A stretch of DNA of 64,000 nt from a virus. Of the stretch, positions 34,597-42,610 are shown in pieces. The stretch is taken from the IMG/VR virus record IMGVR_UViG_3300029258_005088. The stretch is one strand, 5' to 3'. Both the position numbers and the translations under genes were made by a program. Each line of letters begins with the position of its first letter. Within the stretch, counting starts at the first letter, position 1. Under the pieces are notes generated by a model. The model saw only the letters and a program-made list of their open reading frames with translations, was not told the origin of the DNA and did no database searches.

Positions 34597-35202
34597 CTAC
34601 AAGGATGATTTGATGGACTTGGCCTCCTCCTTGTCATAAGGTCCGTCGAGAACGGCGAAAGCGGGAAAGCGGCCGAAGTAGCCCTTGCCTCCCGTCTCCT
34701 TCACGTCCTGCTTGGCGAAACCGTACTTTACCAGATCGACCACGCGGCCGACCATGACGACGAAATATTTCTTTTTCCTGTGCCAGACCTTGGCCCGAAC
34801 GGCCCTGGCTTCGTATTCTTCTCTGGGATCTCTCAGCGACGACTTTCCCACGACGTAGTTCGCGGTCTGTCCGAAGTCTCTGAGTACGTGGACTTCTCCG
34901 GTCTCGTGCCTTCCCACGACGTAATACCCACGGGCGACGAACTTGCCGTCCCTGGATATCCCGAAGAAGCGTATGCTGGGATCATTGGTGCAGTCGCGCC
35001 ATTCCCACTCCCTCTGTCTGAGCATGGTGAGAAGCCCCATAACTTCTCTGTTGTCCGGATGACACTCCTCCAACATCTCCACTGTCGGCTGAATGTACTC
35101 GTATCCTTCTACCTTGGCGACACCTGCCAGTTCCTTTGCCCACTTGCGGGGTTCGTCTTGGAAGTAGCACGATGCGTGCACAAGGGTAGCGTTGTTGTCC
35201 AT
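34597..35202 (-). CDS. hypothetical protein
   Basis: ORF downstream of TATTGTAAATA motif. Confidence 0.7.
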   Translation of the reverse strand: MDNNATLVHASCYFQDEPRKWAKELAGVAKVEGYEYIQPTVEMLEECHPDNREVMGLLTMLRQREWEWRDCTNDPSIRFFGISRDGKFVARGYYVVGRHETGEVHVLRDFGQTANYVVGKSSLRDPREEYEARAVRAKVWHRKKKYFVVMVGRVVDLVKYGFAKQDVKETGGKGYFGRFPAFAVLDGPYDKEEAKSIKSSL

Positions 35203-35222
35203 AAGGATCTCCTTTGGAAAGG

Positions 35223-35233
35223 TATTTACAATA
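35223..35233 (-). promoter_or_regulatory. TATTGTAAATA motif, copy 2
   Basis: Identical to 32624-32634. Confidence 0.45.
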
Positions 35234-35242
35234 TAGGGGGGA

Positions 35243-35416
35243 CTACCGGCCGCAGCAGCCGCGGCGGCGTTTACGAGTGGACCTCACGGCCTCTTTCGTG
35301 ATTCGATCCTTTCTGAGGTTCGAGGATCCGCACCGCTCACAGATCGATATGTGCCGTGCGTTGTAGGTATACTTCTTGCAGGCTCTGCAGAAATACCTGA
35401 ATACCTCTTGTGTCAT
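35243..35416 (-). CDS. 57-aa zinc-ribbon protein with RRRGCCGR C-terminus
   Basis: Manual translation MTQEVFRYFCRACKKYTYNARHISICERCGSSNLRKDRITKEAVRSTRKRRRGCCGR; ATGA overlap; missed by ORF track. Confidence 0.7.
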   Translation of the reverse strand: MTQEVFRYFCRACKKYTYNARHISICERCGSSNLRKDRITKEAVRSTRKRRRGCCGR

Positions 35417-35784
35417 GTCGCGGCCTCTACCGCCGGCTCCGCTTCCGGAACCGGCTTTGTCGCCGCTTTCCTTCTGGCCTTGGGCTTGGTCTTCGCCTTC
35501 GGCTTTGCCTCCGCCTTGGCCTTTCTCTTGGCCGCGGCCTCCGCTTTCTTGCGTACTCTCTCCTCCATCTCCGACATAGCCTCCCGGCTTTTCCCTATGA
35601 GACTGAAGATTATCTCAGACACAGGGTGGTTGTGGGGGACTTCCCGTATATCCTCCATCCAGAAGTCAAGGAGTCTATGAACGTCCTTCTCCGGGATGCT
35701 GAGGTTCACGTAGCGATCCGGATCGTAATGATCGGACAGCTCTTCCTCGTAGGTTATGGGTTCTGTTCCGTCTAATGATGACAT
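35413..35784 (-). CDS. hypothetical protein with K/A/P-rich histone-H1-like tail
   Basis: KAKAEAKPKAKTKPKARRKAATKP; perfect TATAAT 6 nt upstream of ATG. Confidence 0.7.
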   Translation of the reverse strand: MSSLDGTEPITYEEELSDHYDPDRYVNLSIPEKDVHRLLDFWMEDIREVPHNHPVSEIIFSLIGKSREAMSEMEERVRKKAEAAAKRKAKAEAKPKAKTKPKARRKAATKPVPEAEPAVEAAT

Positions 35785-35790
35785 AGTTCT

Positions 35791-35796
35791 ATTATA
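35791..35796 (-). promoter_or_regulatory. -10 box for a probably leaderless transcript
   Basis: TATAAT-agaact-ATG(35784); no consensus -35. Confidence 0.45.
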
Positions 35797-35821
35797 CCTC
35801 TGATTTCAAATATAGGAAGAC

Positions 35822-36943
35822 TTATGCCTCCCTGCAAACCAAATCTTCTCCGAACGAGGAACAAAACATCTGTATAACCTCCCGGCAGAGAGCCGATTTA
35901 GCCGAATTCTTCCTGCGTTTCCTCAACCACTCTCTGTAGTCTTCCGCTGTCGCCCCCACCGCATCCAGTTCGAAGAACATCTTCCGCATCTTCATGTGGA
36001 ATCCGTTCTTTCCTGCAAGCTGATCAGGTGTCCTGGACATGAGAAATTTCATCTTCATGCAAAAGTTGAAGTACTGTACGTCCCCTCTGGCATAGCTGCT
36101 GTTGTCGGGATTGCCGTATCGCATCGCGAACCAGTTCTCTATCTTCAACGCCGTCTCTTTGGAGCAGAGGTCTGGTGTGTGCGCTCTCATCTGATGCAGG
36201 TACAACTGCTCGTTGACGAGAGCGGTAGCCACTACGTCTACGTCGGATGACGGAGAGAAGAACTGGGGAAAGTCCCTCATATACCGGGTAAGGCGTTCCT
36301 TTACGAGAACTGCCGCGGGAAGAGTCTCCTTCTTCTCTAAATAACGAACAAGCGTAGCGCAGTCCTCTTTTTCCTTTTCCTTTTCAGTTTCAGTTTTCTT
36401 CTCTGTAGTTATCTCTGTTGTTATCTCTGGTAATGCACGTCCATTTTGAACGTTGTCATGTTCAATATGAACATTGGGAGGACCGTTTTGAACCATGCAT
36501 TGTTCGGCTTTTTCAGGCAGATCATACCCTTCCAGAGGATACCCCATAGCCATGAGATCGTCACGAATCTTGACCAGATTCACTCTGTACTGGAGGGTTC
36601 TATCCCTCCTGTCTCTCGGGTTGTTTCTTTTGTCGACCCACTTATTTTCTACAAGGTCCGACAGCTTTCTCTCCGCCGTCTGTCTGGAGGAAGTTATCAG
36701 AGAATCCTTTATGAGTTCGGACTGAGTCTTGTACACCCAGCCGCTCGTCAGGGGAGGCATGTCCGGCTCCTCTCCGTGCGCGGCCGCTCTTCTGCGCTCC
36801 TCTTCCATGAACTCGTCGAAGTCCCGGCGCATGCCCGTCAGGAATATCAGCTGTTGCAGTATTATCGCCGATATGGTGTCCCCGGTGAGTTCCACCAGTT
36901 CTTCCTTCAACGCCACTCTCTTAAGTTTCCTCGGTTCTCTCAC
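35822..36943 (-). CDS. winged-helix phage replication-initiator-like protein
   Basis: ELVELTGDTISAIILQQL...GWVYKTQSEL...LVENKWVDKRNNP..DRTLQYRVNL, then an EITTEITTE linker. Confidence 0.75.
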   Translation of the reverse strand: MREPRKLKRVALKEELVELTGDTISAIILQQLIFLTGMRRDFDEFMEEERRRAAAHGEEPDMPPLTSGWVYKTQSELIKDSLITSSRQTAERKLSDLVENKWVDKRNNPRDRRDRTLQYRVNLVKIRDDLMAMGYPLEGYDLPEKAEQCMVQNGPPNVHIEHDNVQNGRALPEITTEITTEKKTETEKEKEKEDCATLVRYLEKKETLPAAVLVKERLTRYMRDFPQFFSPSSDVDVVATALVNEQLYLHQMRAHTPDLCSKETALKIENWFAMRYGNPDNSSYARGDVQYFNFCMKMKFLMSRTPDQLAGKNGFHMKMRKMFFELDAVGATAEDYREWLRKRRKNSAKSALCREVIQMFCSSFGEDLVCREA

Positions 36944-37569
36944 TCGGGTACCTCCGATGCATATACGGCCATGGCCAGAGCCGGCCAGGCATGTGATGAA
37001 ATTCCGTAGAGCGGCCCGGGAGGATATTCCCAGGTCGTTCCGTTACAGGCCGGGCAGGTGTCCTTGACGGGCATCTCGCCGCAGCATTCCTTGTTCTTGT
37101 TCTTGCCGCAGATCCGGCACTTCGACCGACCGACGACTCCGTTGCCGTTGCAGTTCTTGCACCGCTTTCCGCCTATGGCTACGTCTGCATAACCCCATCT
37201 CTCTATCAAGGCGGCGCGGACGTTGCTGTCCTTGCCCCTGGGAGAGCCTGTGACGTGCGTGACGTAGTTCTTGCGGTACACCAGACGGAAGGGCAGGCCG
37301 GAGTCCTTGCAGACGCGTCTAAGCTCCCCTATCCATATGCAGGTGGAGAACACGTCGTCTCCCACCGCCATGCCGTACGACTTCACTCCCTCGACCACCA
37401 CTACGGATACGTCGTGCTGGGGAAAGGGCGGTGCGCAGGATCTCACGAGATTTATGAGACCTTCGTTGTCGTCGTCGAACGTGTTTTTGTACGGCACCTC
37501 GTTCTTGTCCGAATCATAGATGACGACCCCGCTGTACCTGTTGCCCGGGTCTATGCTCAGTATTCTCAT
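36940..37569 (-). CDS. RuvC-like Holliday junction resolvase with zinc-finger insertion
   Basis: ILSIDPG, VVVEGVKSYGMAVG, W.ALAMAV; inserted CKNC/CRIC/CC/CPAC. Confidence 0.75.
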   Translation of the reverse strand: MRILSIDPGNRYSGVVIYDSDKNEVPYKNTFDDDNEGLINLVRSCAPPFPQHDVSVVVVEGVKSYGMAVGDDVFSTCIWIGELRRVCKDSGLPFRLVYRKNYVTHVTGSPRGKDSNVRAALIERWGYADVAIGGKRCKNCNGNGVVGRSKCRICGKNKNKECCGEMPVKDTCPACNGTTWEYPPGPLYGISSHAWPALAMAVYASEVPE

Positions 37570-37584
37570 GACATCCTCCTAGGT

Positions 37585-37616
37585 AAAGAGGTCGCCGACC
37601 GCGAAGGCCGGCGACC
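37585..37616 (-). terminator. intrinsic terminator
   Basis: GGTCGCCGGCC-ttcg-CGGTCGGCGACC-TCTTT. Confidence 0.6.
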
Positions 37617-37627
37617 GGAACAGGGCA

Positions 37628-38953
37628 TCAGTCCATCAACTTCTTCAGAAGATCTTCCTTGGTCATGAGACCATCGGTGGATGCCTCTGCGGCGCCTACC
37701 TGGTCCTTGGCCTTGGTCAATCCTCCGATGAGGTTTTCAAGCATGTTGCCGACCACTCCGAGACGTTCCTTGAGAGTGAGCGCCTCGCCCGTGGACTCCG
37801 CTTTCTCCACGATATACCCATGGGAGATGAGAATTGTCCTGCAGAACTCTTCGAGCCTGTCGCAGACGTCCTCTTCTTCCTGTTCGTCCGTCAGCAACTG
37901 GAACGCTTTGTCCAGCTTGTCCGCACGGATCTCCTCCTTGGTTCGCCTGGCGGGCTTCTTCGACTCGGGCTTTTCCGCGTCGGTACCAGGCGCTTCCTCC
38001 TGCGTACCCTCTTCCGAGGGGGTCAAAGGTGGTTTGGTCGTTGCTTCCGGTGCCGGAGCGGGTGCCGGAGGCTCCGGCGTGGGTGCCGGCGTGGGCTCTG
38101 GAGCTGGAGCCGGGGGTTCCGGCGTTGTCTTAGCCGCGCACACGCAAGGACCGCCCTTGCTGTTCAGTCCCGTATCTCCGCAGGCCTTGCAGTTCGGCTC
38201 GGGTGTCTCCGTTTCCGGGTTGGTTTCCGTCTCTGGTTCCGTGATGGCCGGGGGTGCCGGTGCAGTTGCCTGTTTACGTCCTCGTCTTGCCTTTGGCATA
38301 ACGTACGAATCTCCTTCTATTGTTGGTGCGCGGTCTCTCTCGAGGCTTCCTCGCAGATTGTTGAGCTCCTCTATGGAGCCTGGTTCGTGAAGCTCGGTCG
38401 CTATCCAGTACTCCGGCACCCTGTTCGAAAAGAACAAGATCTTCTCGGGGTGCTTGGAGTTGTACATGACCTCCGCTTCTTCGTTGTTCGTGTCGTAGTA
38501 GTCCGGTACCGGTATGATGCCGTCCACTTCCTCCACTTCGAAGCTCTCCATCGAGCCCTCCGACGTCGAAGTCCTCAGTATGAATCTCGCGGACTCGAAC
38601 AGCTGCTGGGTATTGTTGTTGAATACCTGCAGCTCCAGCTCGTCCCGTTTCTTGAGATCCACCAGGCGTGTGTGCGACTCGTTGAACTTGTCGCGTCCGA
38701 CGACCTTTATCATACGAGCCTGGTTGCAGTGCATGCCGGATGCATTGGCGTACTTCTTGACCGGTAGCTCCGCACAGGCATGAAGCTCGTAAGACCTGCC
38801 GTCGTTCGTCGTGAACGGCATATGCAGATCTGTCACCAGCTTCTTCTTGTGGAGCTGTATGAAGAACGGATGATCCTTCACTCCGGGAAGAGCGCCTGTC
38901 TTGGTGGCTATGCGGAATTCCTCCGCTTTCGTTTTGAAACAGAACGTCGTCAT
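37628..38953 (-). CDS. hypothetical protein with Pro/Glu/Thr-rich linker and CxxC...CxC knuckle
   Basis: PETETNPETETPEP, CKACGDTG...PCVC, PAPEPTPAP. Confidence 0.75.
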   Translation of the reverse strand: MTTFCFKTKAEEFRIATKTGALPGVKDHPFFIQLHKKKLVTDLHMPFTTNDGRSYELHACAELPVKKYANASGMHCNQARMIKVVGRDKFNESHTRLVDLKKRDELELQVFNNNTQQLFESARFILRTSTSEGSMESFEVEEVDGIIPVPDYYDTNNEEAEVMYNSKHPEKILFFSNRVPEYWIATELHEPGSIEELNNLRGSLERDRAPTIEGDSYVMPKARRGRKQATAPAPPAITEPETETNPETETPEPNCKACGDTGLNSKGGPCVCAAKTTPEPPAPAPEPTPAPTPEPPAPAPAPEATTKPPLTPSEEGTQEEAPGTDAEKPESKKPARRTKEEIRADKLDKAFQLLTDEQEEEDVCDRLEEFCRTILISHGYIVEKAESTGEALTLKERLGVVGNMLENLIGGLTKAKDQVGAAEASTDGLMTKEDLLKKLMD

Positions 38954-39576
38954 CGATCAAGTATCGCGGACCACAGTGCCTGAAGCATGTAGACCGTCCT
39001 CTCCAGTTTTGGGGTGCTTCCCGTTAGGTATGCGTCCGGAGTGTCTCCGTCTATGCCGGGGATTATCCTAGCGCATACCTCTTCGAATTTATACCCGCCC
39101 TTCACCTGGAACGTCGCCTTTCGCATACGCTCGCTGAGTTCGGATACCGTGAGGTCGTCCACCGGAAGCTCCATCTTCTGCTCCAGGGCCTTCACCAGCG
39201 GAGCCGCGTCGAGCATCTCCTTGCCGATGAACAGGTCCGGAAGTACGTACTCAAGCCAAGACTTCGAGTACTGTGCGTACCAGATCACGAGAAAGTCCGC
39301 GTCTTCCACGAGAGGGGTTATCTGCTCTTCCACCGTGTTCAGGGGCAGAGCGTTCCTTTCGTAGTCGTCCACGGAAACACCGGTGATGTCCTTTACCTTG
39401 TCTGCATCCGCTCCCGCCACGAAGGCGGTACCGAAATCCGCCCCGGGCCAACAACCGGTGATGCTTATGGACAGGATATTGTCTCTGTCCTTCTTGAACC
39501 CGTCCGTCGCCGGATGGACAATCAGCACCTTCCCGTGGGGGATGCCTTTGTCAGTCAGCCATTGTCTTATCGTCAT
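38950..39576 (-). CDS. DnaQ/DEDDh-like fold protein, catalytic acids apparently lost
   Basis: LIVHPATDGF...DNILSISI, LVIWYAQYSKSWL, MLDAAPL align by eye with ExoI/II regions but lack D/E. Confidence 0.45.
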   Translation of the reverse strand: MTIRQWLTDKGIPHGKVLIVHPATDGFKKDRDNILSISITGCWPGADFGTAFVAGADADKVKDITGVSVDDYERNALPLNTVEEQITPLVEDADFLVIWYAQYSKSWLEYVLPDLFIGKEMLDAAPLVKALEQKMELPVDDLTVSELSERMRKATFQVKGGYKFEEVCARIIPGIDGDTPDAYLTGSTPKLERTVYMLQALWSAILDR

Positions 39577-39601
39577 GTAATCTCCAATTGTGAATACGTG
39601 T

Positions 39602-40399
39602 TCACCTTTTGAATTCCATCTGATCGCTCGAGTCGTCGAACGTCCTCATCGGAGTCGAATACCAGGTACCGAACGGTTTGCCGGAATCCGACGCATCGGC
39701 CGCCAACACTCCTCTTCCGTAGAAGAAAGCGAAGGGGAAGCCGACCTGTCCTGCTCCTGCATCGATCACTATGTCCTCTCGCATAGCCTTGGCGTTCTGA
39801 TCCGACGACAACAAGGAGTCGTACGAATCGAACCCTCTGAGAAACTCGAGGGTGCTCTGGTTCCTGCGAAGCCTTGGCATATGCGTGTCCGTACGCTTCT
39901 TGCAAGTGTAGAAGTCCGGTGCCGTCGCTCTCGGCCTTATCACCAGTACCCTCCTCTGCGTGCAGAAGTTCTCCAGAAGATCTATCACTATCTGATCTCC
40001 CTTCCTGCGAGGAGAGAAGCAATCCGGCTTGTTGCCGGCTTTCAGCCACTTCTTCAGGCCTGCGTCTCTATAGCGTTCGTCTTCCCGTACGTCATACGAA
40101 GGAACGACCTTGCCTCTACGCGGTCCGTCCACGACCTTGAAGACCGCGGACAGGCTGTACCGGATGTAAGGTTCCTCATGTCCTTCTCCGCCACCACCGC
40201 ATATGCATGCGGGACAACGAAGGAACATAGGCGGTTCGTCCTTTGCAAAGGGCCTGCGGAGTATCACGTTCAAGAACGTTTTGTCCGCACGCACCAGTTT
40301 ATGTTCAAGATCGAAGAAGACACCCGACCAGCAGTAGGCCATATGGCCCTCCTGCAATCCGTCCAGCTTCTCAGTACTTCGATCCAAGATGTTCTTCAT
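39602..40399 (-). CDS. hypothetical protein
   Basis: ORF in replication operon. Confidence 0.7.
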   Translation of the reverse strand: MKNILDRSTEKLDGLQEGHMAYCWSGVFFDLEHKLVRADKTFLNVILRRPFAKDEPPMFLRCPACICGGGGEGHEEPYIRYSLSAVFKVVDGPRRGKVVPSYDVREDERYRDAGLKKWLKAGNKPDCFSPRRKGDQIVIDLLENFCTQRRVLVIRPRATAPDFYTCKKRTDTHMPRLRRNQSTLEFLRGFDSYDSLLSSDQNAKAMREDIVIDAGAGQVGFPFAFFYGRGVLAADASDSGKPFGTWYSTPMRTFDDSSDQMEFKR

Positions 40400-41297
40400 G
40401 AAACAATCCTTTCATTAGACAGGAGAAACAGTAGACGTCCGACGCGCTCTGCATCAGGCCTACGTGTCCGTTGCGGCAGTCGCCGTCCCTGTCGAATGCT
40501 TTCGAAAACCGCGACCTTGGACAACTGTCCCTGGCCACGGGGCATGGGGCACAGGTCTTTCCACGCATATAGGCGCAGGGACCCGTGCATATCTTCGCTC
40601 TCGCTTGCAACAGACGACGGTTGTAGTCCTGGTGACAGTGATCGAACCGTATCTCGTGAAAGACCAGCCTGGCTTCTACGAACTGAAGCTTGGCTATGAA
40701 ATACATACCGGAGATATCGTCGTCCCGGTACTTCTTGAACTTGGCCACTCCGGTTTCCCGTATCATCTGCTGTATGCGGCCGCCCGTAAGCTCGGAGCTC
40801 CACTTCGTACCCGCAGGCACTCCGGTGAACGCTTCGAACTCGACGTAATACCTGCGGCCTTTTGCCGGCTTGCGCCTAACCTCGTGGACGAACAACAGAG
40901 TCTCGACCACCTGATCGCCTCCCCACCACTTGATGGGCTCGGCGGCTCGCAGCTCGTCGTATCTCCCGGACACGACGATGCATAGCTCACGCAGCTTGTC
41001 GGTATCCAGCTTCAGACCTTCGAACGGAATGAGCAGCAGTTCGACGGAACGCTTCCTGCGGATGTAGAACTCTTCATGCACGAACTCGGAATCGACTCGG
41101 GACGCATCCCCGTATTCTTCGATTCCGGGCTCGAAGTCTCCGGCCTCGTGGACGAAGCGCATGATGAGATCTATCGCGATCTCGCGGTTCCTGCCTACAA
41201 GGTGGTTTCCCGCGAGACCCCGACTTATGAACGAGTCCTTGAGCTCGTTATTCCGCTTCTTCAGCGCCTTCAGCGTTGGTAGTTTCTTCTCCTTCAC
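40371..41297 (-). CDS. hypothetical protein with C-terminal Cys cluster
   Basis: CTGPC...CAPC...C...CRNGH...CFSC. Confidence 0.7.
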   Translation of the reverse strand: MKEKKLPTLKALKKRNNELKDSFISRGLAGNHLVGRNREIAIDLIMRFVHEAGDFEPGIEEYGDASRVDSEFVHEEFYIRRKRSVELLLIPFEGLKLDTDKLRELCIVVSGRYDELRAAEPIKWWGGDQVVETLLFVHEVRRKPAKGRRYYVEFEAFTGVPAGTKWSSELTGGRIQQMIRETGVAKFKKYRDDDISGMYFIAKLQFVEARLVFHEIRFDHCHQDYNRRLLQARAKICTGPCAYMRGKTCAPCPVARDSCPRSRFSKAFDRDGDCRNGHVGLMQSASDVYCFSCLMKGLFHEEHLGSKY

Positions 41298-42072
41298 TGA
41301 ACGTATCCTTCAATGGGATGATGTAGTGCTCGAGCTTCTCGCGGAGAGTATCGGCCTTACCCGACACGATAACGGCCATGGGATCCTTGCCCTTGGACTC
41401 GTCGCCTTCCACGATCGCGTTGTAATCCTCGTCGGGCGTGCGATCTTCATCGCCAACGAGCTCGAGCATGGGTCCGAGATCCTTCAGAACGTCGTCCACC
41501 GACGATATGGCCTTGTCCAGCACCCTGTCCATCTTCATGAAGTACGACAGAGCGTTCGGTCCACTGCTCTTCGGAGCCTTGTCCTTGGGCTTGTTCTTGC
41601 CCTTGACCTCGTTCACCGCTTCCTTGACCTCTCTCACGGTCATGTTCTCGGCCTCCGCCCGTTCCTCCAGAAGCAGTCTCTGTTGAGGATCCGGGATGCG
41701 CTGGATCTCCCGTATCGACGACCACTCGATCGCCCTGGTCTCGATATCCTGGAAGGTCGGATGATCCTTGTAGAAGTTGTGCGCATTGTACAGAAGGCGG
41801 GGATCCGCCTTGCCCTGGGCCTCTGCCACACGCTCCACGGCCTTCGAACCGTACTTTCCTTCGTCTTCCTGGATTCGTGAAATCATCTTTCCGATGTTCC
41901 ACCAATATACGAGTGCGACCTTCTGGACGCCTTTCTTGTTCTCGTTGATCCATTCCGCAATGCCTTCCACGGTATCCGGAATCTGATCGTCTGGGATCTC
42001 GAGAGCCGCGTTATACAGGGCCAGCTCGGTGCCCTTCTTGTCTTTCTTCTTCGCAGAGCTTTTCTCAGCCAT
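41248..42072 (-). CDS. DUF1016 N-terminal-domain (YhcG-N-like) protein
   Basis: YWWNIGKMI...KYGSKAVERVA...RLLYNAHNFY...IEWSSIREI...R...ENMTVREV. Confidence 0.7.
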   Translation of the reverse strand: MAEKSSAKKKDKKGTELALYNAALEIPDDQIPDTVEGIAEWINENKKGVQKVALVYWWNIGKMISRIQEDEGKYGSKAVERVAEAQGKADPRLLYNAHNFYKDHPTFQDIETRAIEWSSIREIQRIPDPQQRLLLEERAEAENMTVREVKEAVNEVKGKNKPKDKAPKSSGPNALSYFMKMDRVLDKAISSVDDVLKDLGPMLELVGDEDRTPDEDYNAIVEGDESKGKDPMAVIVSGKADTLREKLEHYIIPLKDTFSEGEETTNAEGAEEAE

Positions 42073-42610
42073 TTTCTCTTTCCTTGATAAACGTTTCGAT
42101 TGATAGAATCACCGCGTTCCTTCCGTCCTGGGCCGTCGGTATGACGATGGTCGGACGAAGTGTCGCGGTGTGTGATAGATCATCCAGCATGAGTACCCAG
42201 ACGTCCTTTGGCTTCGTCTGGAAGAGTATCTTCGGCGAGGAATGCTCTCTAGCAGACCTAACCAGATACTTCCAGATCTCCGCCTCGAGGACGCTCTCGG
42301 ATCCTATCAGCCATTTCATAAGGGTGTTTCGCACGAGCAGCCGAGGGTACACGGAGTACTCCGGACAGTCTAGCGACTCTTTCAGGACTTCCTCGTAGTC
42401 GTCGTCCACGTACTCTCTGTGGATCCTGCTTATCTCGGCAGGCTCCACGCCAAGAACGGGGGCCAGGCGTCTGTAGATCTCTTCGCTACGACGCCACGCA
42501 CTGCGATCACCCCTCTCCTTCTCCCTCTTGTCCACCGCTTGGCGGAACGCTTGGGCTCGCATCTGCGCCTGGGGGGACATAGGGCCGCTTCCGGAGGATT
42601 CCGAGGACAT
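42065..42610 (-). CDS. hypothetical protein
   Basis: ORF in operon; start uncertain (overlaps RecA 3' end). Confidence 0.6.
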   Translation of the reverse strand: MSSESSGSGPMSPQAQMRAQAFRQAVDKREKERGDRSAWRRSEEIYRRLAPVLGVEPAEISRIHREYVDDDYEEVLKESLDCPEYSVYPRLLVRNTLMKWLIGSESVLEAEIWKYLVRSAREHSSPKILFQTKPKDVWVLMLDDLSHTATLRPTIVIPTAQDGRNAVILSIETFIKERENG

